From the NCBI GenBank assembly GCA_951406725.2, contig OX597818.1, positions 2,790,001 to 2,854,000 on the forward strand: a DNA stretch of 64,000 nucleotides, written 5' to 3'. Below the pieces are notes generated by a model. The model saw only the letters and a program-made list of their open reading frames with translations, did no database searches and had not been told where the DNA came from. The position numbers and the translations under genes were made by a program. This document shows, piece after piece, positions 39,690 through 53,937 of the stretch. Numbering within the stretch: the stretch's first letter is position 1; each line of letters opens with the position of its first letter. The stretch comes from Octopus vulgaris (taxonomy: Eukaryota).

Positions 39690-40880
39690 TGTTTGAAGTT
39701 TTATATCAGAGCTGTGGCCATGCTGGGGCACCACCATTTTGCTACACTGTCATTACTGAGAGCCTCCTCTAATATGTGGCACTTGGTGAAGAATAGAGTT
39801 TGATGTTGCTACCCTCATTTGCACCTCTTGCCATGAGGTAGGTTTGTCTAAGACTCTTGACAAGAAGAGGTCCAGTTTTGATTTGAAAATACCTACATCC
39901 ACTTTGTGTAGGTCCCTCAGGCTCTTTGGAAGAATATTAAGAAGCTGTGGGCCTCTGAAACCCAGGCTGTTCCAGTAGCTGAGCTGTTGCAATGAGATGA
40001 TCCTCTTTGTGAAGCTTTGCTGGATTGCTTCAAGGTCTGCTGTTAATTTTACACTGTTGGGTGACCATAGCTGGAAGCAGTAATCCAGGTGGCTGGGGAT
40101 GAATGTTCTCCAGAGGACCATCATGGTTTCCTTTTCTCTGGTTCCGAACATTCTCAGAATTCATCCAGCCAATCATCTGCACTTTGTCACCATCCTGGTA
40201 ATGTACACTTGGAAAGAGGTATCATCACTCATGTCAAATCTCAGGTCCTTTACTGATTTAGGCTCTGGGATTGTAATCCACTGTAGACCAGTGTACCCTG
40301 TAAGTTTTATATTCAGTTTTGGACACACAGGGCTTGGAATTTTTCAGCATTAAACAGCATATTATTATCCTCGGCCCATCTGTAAATTGAGTCCAACTCC
40401 TGCTGCAGGTGTGCAACATCACTGTGGTTCTGTATTTTCTGCGAGACTCTTGTATCGTCTGCGTAGCTAGCAAGGGTGGTTATCCAGGCAGTTGAGGGCA
40501 TATCTGAGAGGGCCACAATGAAAAGCGGTAGTCCCAAGACAGTGCCTTGTGGAACACCACTCACTATTTGTGTTTTCATTGAGGTGGCTCCATTGGCCAC
40601 TACTGCTTAACTTCTATCTTTCAGAAAGTCATGTAACCACTTCCCTAGTTTTCCAGCTATATCAAGATCACACAGTTTATGGCATATCATAGAATGATCC
40701 ACTTTATCAAAAGTTTTTGCAAAATAAAGGTATATTACATCCACATTTGAGTTGTTGAGTAACTGCCTCAACACCCAGCCATAGTGCTGTAAAAGCTAGG
40801 TCAGGCAGCTCCTACTTGGTCAAAAGCCATGCTGGGTATCACTCAGCAAGTCATTTTCTTCAAGGAATGCGATTAGTTTT
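39690..40880 (-). mobile_element. CR1/L2-group LINE 3' part
   Basis: SGVPQGTVLG, YADDT and HLDYC..LWSP motifs. Its 3' tail GGTGGTGCCCCAGCATGGCCACAGC matches the SINE tail. Confidence 0.85.
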
Positions 40881-43039
40881 GTTGGTAAATCATAAATCCA
40901 AGCACATTCTAAGTTATAGAGCAGTATAGTATAAAGATAGATAAAGCCAGGAATGTAAAGGTCATTCTTTATAATTACAACATAGTTGAATATTTTTCAG
41001 CATCATCTGTGTGTGGGCACTTCACTGGGTGGAATATGATTAATTGCTGTTGGATTTTACTGAATACTCTGGGTATACAATGTACATTACTTCACACCAA
41101 TTACATTATCAGATTCCAGGAGATGCAAACACAAACATATAAGTAATATTGCAATAGTACTATCAGCAACAATATCAGTAACAGAGCCATGGTTGTCTTC
41201 GAGTTGTTCATAGTATTAACAGAAAAGAAAAACTAATCATGGTTAAGTGATAGTTACAGTTAAATAAATAAAAAAAAACCTAAAGTAGGAATTGAAGATG
41301 ACTTTTACCAAAGAGTAGATGAAATGTGTCAAGAGAAATAAAATAAAATAAAAATAGCAAAATAAAGGATTATAAAAAATAGTTAAAACACTTTGTTTTT
41401 TTACAACCTGGTTAGTTTTTTTTAGTCTTTTATCTTCATCATTTATTATGTTCTCAGGCCAGTATGGTTTTCAGTAACCCCTATGAACTATACTGGCCAT
41501 TAATCTCTAAGCTGCATATGGAGTGTATTAATCAATGTTAGTCATAAAATATCAAATAGAAAATACTGTTATGGAAAAAATATATAACATTCATGTGAAC
41601 ATAAATAATTTAATATTTCTTATATCATAATGTAATTTAGAGAGAAACTTCAGTATTTGCCAGAAAGTACAGCTGAAGCAACATAGTATATCTTGAGTAG
41701 TAAATGGATTTTGGTAGTGGGTAACCAGCGAAATGAAATGCAGCAGTTGGAATTGAGTAGACTGGACATTGATTGGTGTTGGGAGGATAGAAATTAATGC
41801 ATATATTGTGTATGGAATTGCTAGTTTGTAAGGGTATAAAATGAGATAAATGTATTTAAAACCTAAAGCTACAATAGTAAATTAAATAAATAAAATAAGT
41901 GACAGAAAGCTGTCCTATTACTTAGAGAGCATTCTTGCCATCCACTACTGGAACAAATGCATCTGGCATTCTGGTCAGAATGTCAGATGCATTTTGGCCT
42001 TTTCAATAGTGTGAACTTGAAGCTAACCACATGCTCAGACAAGAATGCCTAAATAACATAATGAGTATAAATATAACTCATTATATCACCTATTCTATAT
42101 CTCATACTAGATGAGCAGTGTTTTGTCTGAGTCAGACTTGTTTAAGGGGTATAAACGCAAGGAAAAACAAAGACATCAAACAGAAAAACAACATATTCCC
42201 CTCGCAAAAATGGCAGATCCATTTAGCTAGATATACCAGAGAAACAAATCGTTCAACAAACCACCCTCAGCCCCAATGTTGACCCCTAAATATGCTGCCA
42301 CTAAAATAACTAAAATAAGATGCAGCCACTAAAGTGACTGTATGCTAGGTGGACCCTACACATGCAACCCACCACAACCCTCCTGGGTTTTGTTAGTCTT
42401 CATCATGTAAAGACTGAATCTGATGTCTTCGTGCAGCACTTCCCTAAGACTGGCATTGTTAATGTTCTGGACCTGCTGGATGAACTCAGCTATCCTAATA
42501 ACTTTAGCTTTAGGTGTTTTCGCTCAATAAACACACACAACACCCGGTCTGGGAATCAAAACCGCGATCCTCCAACTGTGAGTCTGCTGCCCTAACCACT
42601 GGGCCATTGTGCCTCCATCCTAATAACATTTGACCACTGAAAATATTTTTTTCCTTTGGTCACAAATGACAGTTCCCCAGTAGCTATTTCCTGATACTGA
42701 ACACAAAGGACACAGTCATATTGAAGATATTGGCAATGATTGGTGGTTTAAGCGTGCTTTTCATTTTCTGTGTCAAACTGGAATCTGTCACATTGATGTT
42801 GCTGCCATACAGAAAGAGAAGTAAGAAAGTTAACACTTTGGGTATATCATTATTACATAATGTCATGTTTATGACCTGCTAAAATTTGCAAACAAATAGT
42901 GTATATTGTATAATCATAAAGAATTTTGAAATATTTATCATAAAACTAGTTATTATTTGTCAAAAGAAACAAAGAAGTATGTTATTCTATAAATACAGAT
43001 TCCTCGAATCAAAATTAAAATGATCTTTATTCTATTTAT

Positions 43040-43251
43040 GATTTACTCTTTTACTTGTTTCAGTCATTTGACTGCGGCCATGCTGGAGCATCACCTTTTT
43101 TAATCGAGCAACTCGACCCCGGGACATATTCTTTTGTAAGCCCAGTACTTATTCTATCGGTCTCTTTTGCCGAACCGCTAAGTAATGGGGACATAAACAC
43201 ACCAGCATCGGTTGTCAAGCAATGCTAGGGGGACAAACACAGACACACACA

Positions 43252-43305
<54 letters not shown>

Positions 43306-43485
43306 TATATACATATATACGACGGGCTTCTTTCAGTTTCCGTCTACCAAATCCACTCACAAGGCTTTGGTCATCCCGAGGCTATAGTAGAAGACACTTG
43401 CCCAAGGTGCCACGCAGTGGGACTGAACCCGGAACCATGTGGTTGGCAAACAAGCTATTTGCCACACAGCCACTCCTACGCCTAT
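43040..43485 (-). mobile_element. Full-length tRNA-derived SINE with internal (TA)n and LINE-derived tail
   Basis: Minus-strand A box TGGCTGTGTGG, B box GGTTCAGTCCC, tail CCAGCATGGCCGCAGTCAAATGACTGAAACAAG. Confidence 0.88.
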
Positions 43486-45074
43486 TTAATTATTTTATGA
43501 ACCTATGTAGGCTAAGACCAGGAAAAATTCTGGCAGAAATTAAGAAATTTTGTTTGACACTACTATTTTTGTCACATCACAGAATAGTTTTACTCTAATG
43601 TAAGTCACCTTAAACAGCAAACTGTATTCAAAATATCTGCTCAAATTAGGTTTAGTATATTTATTAGAATCTTATTCATTAGTGTCTGCCTACAAACCTC
43701 TATCTTTGATGCACATATCACTAAATTTCATCACTCTCAACTGTTAGGGTTCAGATAAGATAAGTGTTAATGTATAAAATTCTTTTCATCTCTCTCTCTC
43801 TCTCACCCATCTCTCATTGAGGGCTGAGGGAATTCAGATAAGTACTAAGCTAATAATTAATACTAACTTTTAGCTATACATGCATATCTCCCCACTTTCT
43901 TCTCTCTGAGCTCTATTAATGGTTCCTATTAAACTCCATTTGGCAAACGTCAAATAAACAACATGTTTCTATCATTATTTTTACTTTTATACTTGTTTTA
44001 ATCATGGGACTGCAACCATGCTGGTTATTTGTTGAACCACCAAGTTATTGGATATAAACCAAAGAACACTAATTTTTAAGTATTGGCAATATAAAAACAT
44101 ATATAAAGGCATGCACACACACATATCTCTATATTTGTCTTTTTTATTAACAATTTTTTGGTATCATATTTGTTAGTATACACATCTCTTTCATGCACTC
44201 TACTTATCTCTCACTCCCAAAATCTGTCCTCATGGCCCTGTTCACTATATCATTGATATCTGGTAGCCCCCCTATACACTCAGGTTTTTACCACTTACTG
44301 CATTCCCCTATCCCACTCTCTATTCACACATTTTTGGCAATGCTTCAAGGGTATGCCTTGGCACTTGCCACCATCTATCTCTTCCTTCTTTTATTCAACC
44401 ATCTCATTTATATTCTGATCCTTGTCCCTTGTGAGTATGCTTGGCACTTTGCCACCATCTCTCTCCTGCTCTCTCTTGTACTCTTGCTGTCTCCTGTGCT
44501 CTCTCCTTCTCCTGCTTTTCCCTCAGGCTGGATAGCCATGTATCTCCTTTACAGCAGCACACCTGTTTCTGTCCTCATTCTTGATCGCTCAATCTCTCTC
44601 TCTCTCTCTCCCTCTCTCTGGCTGGGTAACCATGTACCTCCTCTACAGCAAGATACCTGTTTCTGTCTCTGTCTCACTATAACCTTTCATCATCTGACAT
44701 AAGGTTACCTCCTCCAATGCCACCTCCCCTCTCAAAGTATATTTGTTTTGCAAGTTACTTGGTGATCCTGCTAGTGCTGAGCCCACGTAAAAAGCATCCA
44801 GTCTACACTGTAAAATGGTTGGCATTTGGAAGGGCATCCAGGTGTAAAAACTATGCCAAAACTGACCGTGCCTGAGTTTGTGCCATGCAAAAACCACTCA
44901 GTCCACTCTGCTGGGTGGTTGGTGTTAGGAAGGGCATCCAACTGTAAAAACCCTGTCAAAACAGACACAGAAGTCTAGTGCAGGCTCCTGTCAGCATGGA
45001 AGGCAAACATTAAATGATGATGATGATGATGATGATGATATATATATATATATATATCATCATCATCATCATCA

Positions 45075-45107
<33 letters not shown>

Positions 45108-45111
<4 letters not shown>

Positions 45112-46028
45112 TTATAAACAAGGGCAAAAGAAAATTATTTCTATGCCAATATGCTGATAACAGACTTTTAAATCATCACTGTCCACATATTATTATACCC
45201 ACTACAGAAATACGATGTGCTGAAATCGAGGAAAGTTAGCCAACAGAATTTTTAAAAAGATCGTTATTTCTATATTGAATCAATTTCGGAATTAATCTCA
45301 TAAAATACTTTTTCCTCTTCAGTAGAAAATACGAATAGAAAGAAATGAAATACTTACATGCGCCCATGGAAAAAAAGCCGAAGCAAAAATCATGAGTACA
45401 CATAAGTACCCCAGATATATCTAAATATAAAATCCTTTGGTTAGCCTCAGCACACGTGTGAACTGTTCTCCACCACAGCTTATAGTGGTTACCAGTCCCT
45501 ATAGCTAATAGTAATAAATCTACTACTAATATAGGATGAAGTTCTTTTACAGAAAAAATTTCATCAAAAAAGTGGCAGCATATTAAAATACCTTTAAAGG
45601 TTAAAATTCTAAACAACTTATAAACAAGGGCAAAAGAAAATTATTTCTATGCCAATATGCTGATAACAAACTTTTAAATCATCACTTTCCACATATTATT
45701 ATACCTACGACAGAAATACGATGTGCTGAAATTGAGGAAAAAATCTTTTATGAGATTAATTCCGAAATTGATTCAATATAGAAATAACGATCTTTTTAAA
45801 AAATTCAGTTGGCTAGCTTTCCTCAATTTCAGCACATTGTATTTCTGTAGTGGGTATAATAATATGTGGAAAGTGACGATTTAAAAGTCTGTTATCAGCA
45901 TATTGGCCTAGAAATAATTTTCTTTTGCCCTTGTTTATAATTTTAACCTTTAAAGGTATTTTAATATGCTGCCACTTTTTTGATGAAATTTTTTTCTGTA
46001 AAAAAACTTCATCCTATATTAGTAATAG

Positions 46029-46030
<2 letters not shown>
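45108..46030. repeat. (TA)n-flanked compound inverted/direct repeat element
   Basis: Segment order A-B'-C-D-A-B-A'-D'. Palindrome 45524-46024. A partial A-B copy also lies at 39169-39285. Confidence 0.8.
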
Positions 46031-46060
<30 letters not shown>

Positions 46061-47139
46061 AACATCATCATCATCATTTAATGTCTGTTGTCCATGCTGG
46101 CATGGGTTGGATGGCTTGACCAGGGCTGGTAAGCTGAGGGTCTGCTCCAGACTCTAGTCTGATTTGGCATGGTTTCTACAGCTTGATGCCCTGTCTAATG
46201 TCAACCACTCTGAGAATATAATGAGTGCTTTTACATGCCACCAGTACAGGTGTCAGTTTGCATGACACCAATATCTGCCACAACTACGATTTCACTTGGC
46301 TTCATGGGTCTACTTCTCAAGCATGTCATTTGTCATTGCCTCTGAGAGGCCCAGTGTTCAAAAGGTGCATTTTTTGGGCCACTGGCATGGGTGCTAGTTA
46401 TGCAACACCAGTATCAGCCACATTGCTTCTGTGAGGTCCAACACTTGAAAGATGCTTTTTATGTGCCAGTTATGTGACACCATCAATGACCATAGCTATG
46501 ATTTCACTTGGCTTGACTGGTCTTCTCAAGCATGGCATATTGCTAAAGGTCTCAGCCACTAGTCATTGCCTCCACGAGGCTCAATATTGGAAGATCATGC
46601 TTCACCACCTCGTCCCATTTCTTCCTGGGTCTCCCTCTTTCACAGCTTCCTTTGATTGGTAGAGATCAGTACTTCTTCACACAACTGTCTACATCCATAT
46701 GCATCATATGACTGTACCAAAGCAGTCATCTCTCTTGTACACCACATCTGATGTTTCTTATGCCAAGCTTTTCTCTTAAGATATTTACACACTGTCATGC
46801 ATGCACACTCACATCCAATGAAGCATACTAGCTTCATTTCTTTCAAATATATATATATAAATATTTGTCATTTTTATATGATATTTATTGCTGATATTGT
46901 TATTATTACTATTGTCAATTATACAATCCAACAAGTATTTTGTTGTCAGGACGTTTTTATCTGATTTGATAGTTTTTTGACATGCGAACTCCATAAATGG
47001 AATTCATTTTTTACTATCACACCTAGATTTAACTTCACCCAACCTCACCCCAATTTTTGTAATTTTCTTCAATTTCCAGAAAAATGCATTGTTTACCTGT
47101 GAAATAGCCGTACTTTTTATGTTTGTGAGACAGCAGAAC

Positions 47140-47545
47140 CATGGAAAAACATTGGGTAATCAAAGAACGGTCACAGCAAACATTAGTTCCAAGGTCTTTT
47201 AATGTGGTTGAAGAGCCTTTAGTTCAACCAGGAAAACTTATCCTACCTCCATTCCACATCAAAACTGGCATTATAAAGCAGTTTGTTAAAGCTCTGGATA
47301 AAGATGGACTATGCTTTTATTATGTCTGCAGCATATTTCTTGGTCCAAGAAACAAAAAGATAAAAGCTGGAGTATTTGATGAGCCTCAAATCAGAAAATT
47401 AATGAAAGATGGGAATTTTGTAAATTCTATGAAATGAACTGAAACAGCAGCATGGAATTCATTTGCAATAAGCAGCCAACTATTCCAAAATAGTTGATAA
47501 TATGCTGGAGAACTTTCAAAAGTTGGGAGCAAATATGAGCATAAA
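47140..47545 (+). mobile_element. DNA transposase fragment, probably Chapaev3 (CMC)-like
   Basis: ILPPFHIKTGIIKQFVKAL...KIKAGVFDEPQIRKLM resembles the LPPLHIKLGLMKQFVKAL motif. Confidence 0.55.
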
Positions 47546-49484
47546 GCTGCAGTTTTGCTGTTGCAGCAATCTCCAGTTCACTTATGGTGGCAGTTGGAGT
47601 CGACATGTGTCTCATTCAATCCTTGAGGCTTACAAAATGGATATTGTCAGACACATCAGAATTTACGATCTCTGACTGATTTGGTCCAAGCAAGTCATGA
47701 AGCTCATCCATGTTTGTTAGCATTAATGACATAACAACCAGCCTGAGGCTATCTGCCAGAACTGTTTCCTTCAGTTCAACCAATCCTGCCATCATAGTGA
47801 TCTCCCTTCCCTAATTGGTGTTGTTCTCAGACTAAAAAAGTCTGCAAGAGGAGTGTCCAAATGAGTATCCCTCCCTATCTCTTTTACTCTCTCTCTCTCT
47901 TCCAGTTTCTACATATTATATTTTTACATAGGATATTTGGTGCTGGAATGAAGAAACTGCCACCACATGAGTTAGACAGTTTGACCAGAGATGGTAAGCC
48001 AGAGAGCTGCACCAGGCTCCAGTCTGTTTTAGCTTGGTTTGTACTGCTGGATGCCCTTCCTAATGCCAGTTTATATAAGATAAATATTCAAGCTAATAAT
48101 TATTGGTATTATTATTAATTATCATTGTATCTGTTTATTGGTCACAAACAATATGACTTCTCTTTCTTTCTTATATTTCACTCTTTCTGAAACCTTGTGA
48201 TGATTATTTTTAAACTCTGTTGAACACATTTACTCAATAGTAGATTTCTATTGTTATGTCTCCCAACATCTCTCTATCATCCACACTAAGTTTCTCTACA
48301 GACAACCTCTCTAGTGTTGCTATCACAAAATTCACAAACTTCATATAGGAAAGGCATCCAGCCAATAAAATCATATGAAAATCATGACAATTACATAATG
48401 AAAAACCCTAATTGCATTTACAACACTAACATCTACCATGTTAGTGATGCACACAGTAGTGGGAGTGGTTAGGTGGGAACATCTGACATGTGGGGAACCT
48501 CTTTATCATCATACAACTGAACTACCTCATTTCCTTTGAGACATCAAACAATCCACCAAGCACTGAGAACATATTTCCTTCACTCAGACACAAAACATCA
48601 ATGTTTCCGCCATCAACATTGGCATGATGAGAAGTAAGCCTGGAATGATAGCAGAGATGTATTAGAGATGAACAGATTTGGGCTGTGTACAAAACATAGC
48701 ACAGAGAAGAGAGGAACCTATGCTAGATTGCTCACAAGAAAAGAACATGGGAGTGAATTCTTCTGTGTAGGAAATAGTGGGTGCATATTTTTGGCAGAGA
48801 AATGGATAAAGTAATAGAGGAAGTCAGAAAATGTAATAGAATAATTAAGCCTAGATTAGTCACAAGTAACATAGCAACAAATGTTATCTCAGTATAATCA
48901 CTTCAATAAAGAATGACATGAACAAAAGGGCTATTTCTGAGGCCCCCTTGAAAGCTATATGGATTTCAGAAATAGTAACCTTGTTATCACAGTTTGTGAC
49001 TTTAATGGACTGACTGAGAGACAAAATCATAATGCTTAATACAATGTACATGGAGGCATGAGGAATGTGGAAAGACCAAGTTTTTGAGAATTCTGAATTT
49101 TGTATGATTTAACTATTTAAAAAAAAAAACAAAAAAAAAAACTAATTTCAGAGAACTGGCCTCTCAGTCACCTACCATTTAAGTGAACTTGCAAACTTAA
49201 TTCAACTTCATTCTCACCAGGAAGCAGGGTAAGCAACAGGTTATGAATACTTACTCCTTCCCCAGTGAAGATTGTACTGCTTAACATAGACTAGTGATCA
49301 GCAACTTTAGAACCAACATAAGAGCCAGACAGAATCAGAGACACAATACAATCATTGGAAAGTGTGCAGAGAATCATAGTAGAATATTTGCCTTCAATGA
49401 TAACAAAAAGAAAGATGTATGAAAATGTAATATGAGAGATTTCTGAATGAGTAGAAGGCTTAGGAGAAAGACAATCTAATTCAT

Positions 49485-50330
49485 ATATGAAAGTAGGCTG
49501 AAAAGTTCATAGGCTAACTATGAAGGATTGACACTAGAGCTGTAAAATCTTGCATACCTAAATATCAACTCTTATTATTCATCATTGTATAGTTTCTTTC
49601 CAGGTAAATTGATATCTGACTGTTCAAAGAGGATTTCAAAACTAACAAGTAGTGACTTCTCTTGAAAATGGATAAAATTTGGTATTTTGGCATTATCAAA
49701 TACCTGCAGAAAAAGGGTTAAGATCCCAACGACATTTGTGTTGACATAGTTCATATATTAGGGAATAGCACTTCAGTTTTATCAACAGTGCAAAAGTGGG
49801 CAGCTGAATTTAGGAGGGGAAGAGAGAGTCTTGAAAATGGTCCAAGGTCTGGATGCCCTGCAACAGCCACAACCAAGGAAAACATTGATTGTGTTCACCA
49901 CATGCTGGTGGAAGACAGGCAATTGTCTATAAATCAAATACCCAATGCTTTTAGCACATCCTGTGAGACAGTTGAGAATATTCTGCACAATGAACTTAGT
50001 ATGACGAAGTTTTCTACTTAGTGAGTGCCATGTCTTCTGACACCTGATCAAAAGCACACCAGGTTCATCACATCACAGGAGAATCTGTCATTGCTTGAGG
50101 CCAATCCAGCTGGTTTTCATGAACATCTACTAATCCAGGATGAGTGTTGACTTCATCAATTTGAGCCAGACAGAGACAATCCATGCAGTGGAAACAAACA
50201 CCCCTCCTAATCTGCTCCAAAGAAGGTCAAGATAATTTCATCTGCAGGGAATGTTTTTGGGGATGCAAAATCACTGTGCTTATTGACTATCTTCAAAAGG
50301 GCCACACCATCAATGGAGAGCACTATGCTG
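49485..50330 (+). mobile_element. Mariner transposase pseudogene
   Basis: KWAAEFRRGRESLE..PRSG.P helix-turn-helix region, (W)VPCLLTPDQK, DE...QFEP..QSMQW and IDYLQKGHTINGEHYA, with frameshifts. Confidence 0.85.
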
Positions 50331-51039
50331 TTAGCATACCTGTACATGGCTTGTACAGCTCTAACTACTCATCTATCCCTAGTTTCCACATTGACCACCA
50401 AATAAGGGATTGGGCAGGGGGGGACCTGTCAAAGGCTTTCTCCAAGTCAACAAAAGCTAACGTACAGAGGTTTATCTTTGGCAGATTCAGCAACGGGAAC
50501 TAGGTCATCAATATACAAAAGTTCATATGGATAGCCAATCTTAAATTGCTGTTATGGCCCAGAAAATTATAATAAACAGAAGGTTGAAAACTGAGCCCTG
50601 AAATACACCTGCGTGTATGCTAAGCTCCTCACTCATACCTAACCTTGGTGACAAGTATCTCTGTACATGGCAAGGAGAGCTTACACAAGCCATTCATCTA
50701 CATCAAGTTTTTTTAAACAACAACCAAACTACAGAGCATGGTATTCTCTCAACAATTCCAGATCAATGAATGCTAGGTATAACGGCTTACTCTAAAATAG
50801 CAACATCCCCTTCAATTGTCTCATAAGAAGAGGGTATCATTGGTACTTCATCCTGGCACAAACCTAAACTAAGTGTTCTAACACTTTCTGTGAGTTTTTC
50901 TTTTTCCCAGCCTGGTCCACCAATTTGATGCCTCTGTAGTTTCTAGGTATTTTCTTTGCCCATGTAGAAGCTGATGATGTAACTTCTGTATCCATCATTA
51001 GATATAACATCTTCATATGCTATTAGATTGACTATCTAA

Positions 51040-52540
51040 GTAAGGTGAAGGTTGGCAATGAGTACAGTGAAGAATTCAGGATTACCAAGGATCAGTCCTC
51101 AGCCCCCTCTTGTTCATCATAGTCCTCCAGGTAATAACAGAGGAATTTAAGACAGGCTGCCCCTGGGAGCTCCTCTATGCTGATGACCTTGTTCTTATAG
51201 CTGAATCACTACCAAAACTAAAAAAGAAGCTTCAGGTATGGAAGCAAGGTCTAGAATCAAAGGGCCTTAGAGTTAACCTAGCAAAAACCAAAGTCTTAGT
51301 AAGTAGGAAGGCAGACAAATCACAAATCCCTTCAGGTAGATGGTCCTGCTTGATCTGTAGGAAAGGCATAGGTAGAGACTCCAGAAGATGTACCCAGCGT
51401 AAGCTATGGGCATAGAAGAGGTGCAGCAATATCAGAAGAGGGTTAACAGGGAAAATAAATTTTGTGTGTGGAAGATGCACAGTTATAATAAACACTGAAA
51501 ATGTACAGAAAATAGACTCCATCAACTGCCAGTGGGGGTAAGCTAGAGTTAGTAGATAGCTCTTATTATCTAGGTGACCAAGTTTATAGCAGAGGTGGAT
51601 GCTACGAGAGTGTAGCAGTGAGAATAAGATTAGGCTGGATAAAGTTCAGAGAGCTCCTACCTCAGCTGGCCACAAAGGGCTGCTCTCTCAAAGTGAAAGG
51701 CAGATTGTATGATGCCTGTGTGTGTACAGCTATGTTACACAGCAGTGAAACATGGGCTGTGACAGCCAAGAACATATGTAGGCTTGAAAGAAATGAAGCC
51801 AGTATGTTTTGCTGGATGTGCAATATCAGTGTGCATGTTTGACAGAGTGTAAGCATCTTGAGAGAAAAGTTAGGTATAAGAGGCATCAGATGTGGTGTGC
51901 AAGAGAGATGATTGCACTGGTATGGTCATGTGATGCATATGGACAAGGATAGCTGTGTAAAGAAGTGCCGATCTCTAACTGTGGAGGGAACCTGTGGTAG
52001 AGGTAGACTCAGGAAGACATGGAATGAGGTGGTGTAGGATAATCTTCGAACTCCACAGAGGCAATGACTAGTGATCAAGAACTTTGGCGATATGCTGTGG
52101 TTGAGAAGACCTGTTATGGCTGATGCTGGTGTCGCGTAACTGGCACCCATGTCAGTGGCATGTAAAAAGCACTTTTTGAGCATTGGGCCTCACAGAGGTA
52201 AAGTGGCTGATGCTGGTGGCACACTGAAAGCTCCTTTAGAGTGTTGGGCCTTAATGAAGCAATGACTAAGCCTTTTGGCATTATGTCATGCTTGAGAAGA
52301 AGACCCATCAAGCCAAGTAAAATTGCAATCATGACAGATACCAGTGTCACACAAATGGCACCCATGACAGTGGCACATAAAAGCACCCATTACACTCTCA
52401 GAGTTGGTTGGTATTAAGAAGGGCATCCAGCCATAGAAACCATGCCAAATAAGACTGGAGTCTGGTACAGCCTTCTAGATGGTCAAACTGTCTAACCCAT
52501 GCCTGCATGGACAATGGACTTTAAATGATGATAATGATAG
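51040..52540 (+). mobile_element. RTE LINE 3' part with (GAT)n tail
   Basis: GCPWELLYADDL, VKGRLYDACV and WYGHV motifs. Same family as 12939-15150. Inverted RT scraps at 50330-51030. Confidence 0.85.
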
Positions 52541-53323
52541 TTATGTAAAATATTAACTCTAGGTTTGAGCCAAACAGGTGATACAATGTGCCCATAGGTT
52601 TTTTTTTTTTATCTCTGTGCCAAAACTCCCTTAATTAAGAAAGCTGTTCTGGAAATGCAATAATATGGAAAGGTATTCCTAATATAACATCAGTGCATGA
52701 ATCGGGTAGTACTGGAAATTGAATATCAGCATATATTCGTCCTCGAAGAGCTATATCTAACTTGCAGCATGTTTTGATAGATGACTTAAAATTAACTGCA
52801 GCCATCAATATAGTACCATTATGCTGAAAAGTAGGAAGCTGAAGAGAGCTGATCATGGATTTTGAAAGGAAATTTTCCGAGCTTCCAGTGTCTAAGAGAG
52901 CTTTTAATGAAAATCCATTCATAGATATTGCTATGATCGACATGTTCAATGCGGAGAGAACAGAAGCATGAGGAGCAGTTTGAATTGATGCAGTAACTGA
53001 ATTTTTAGACATGCATACTTTTGAAAAATGACCAATCTTTTTGCATTTCCTACATTTAGTATTTTGTGTGGGACATTTAACATGCTCATGTCATGATGCA
53101 CTTCCACACCTGTAACAATGAGTCCAATGTTTTGATGTATTACTTGCTGCTGCATTTGTTTCCTCTAAATTTTAACTACCTTCTACACTTTAGCATTTCT
53201 TCACTTTGTTTCACTGTAGCAACATGGATTGACATTGGATCATAAATTTACAAGTCAGTATTAGCAATTTCCAAAGCACATGCCCGATCGATTACCGTAG
53301 TCAGAGTAAGTGATTTATTTTCA

Positions 53324-53544
53324 TCTCTCCCTCTTTTACGTTGTCTGCCATCCCCCCTCTTCCTTTGCTAAGAGCATTTTTAAGCCAGCCCGTCATATTC
53401 CCGTGTCAGGCAGAAGAACGAAATGTTCCCAAGATAAGAGAGTCTTTCTAATCTAATGTTGTGGTTGAGCTGTTTATTATTTATTATTATTACTATTATT
53501 AGTAGTATTAGTATTGTCCCTTTGATCCTCGGTCGAAAATTTGC

Positions 53545-53580
<36 letters not shown>

Positions 53581-53901
53581 TTACTATTTTCAGCTTCGCC
53601 TTGTATTGCATATTATTTCTCCATACAGGGGTTTTTTTCAATGGCGGCCCATTTTCGCGGGGTTCCACTATTTCCCTTCTCTCTCTCCCTCTTTTACGTT
53701 GTCTGCCATCCCCCTCTTCCTTTGCTAAGAGCATTTTTAAGCCAGCCCGTCATATTCCCGTGTCAGGCAGAAGAACGAAATGTTCCCAAGATAAGAGAGT
53801 CTTTCTAATCTAATGTTGTGGTTGAGCTGTTTATTATTTATTATTATTACTATTATTAGTAGTATTAGTATTGTCCCTTTGATCCTCGGTCGAAAATTTG
53901 C

Positions 53902-53937
<36 letters not shown>

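Noticed and set aside
43400-43485. tRNA gene
   Set aside because: The A and B boxes belong to the SINE head, and there is no complete cloverleaf.
53510-53545. HDV-like ribozyme hint (TGA-TCCTCGG-TCG) in the 358-bp unit
   Set aside because: No matching P1 or P2 partners or GG for P1.1 could be found, and the unit has no hammerhead core on either strand.
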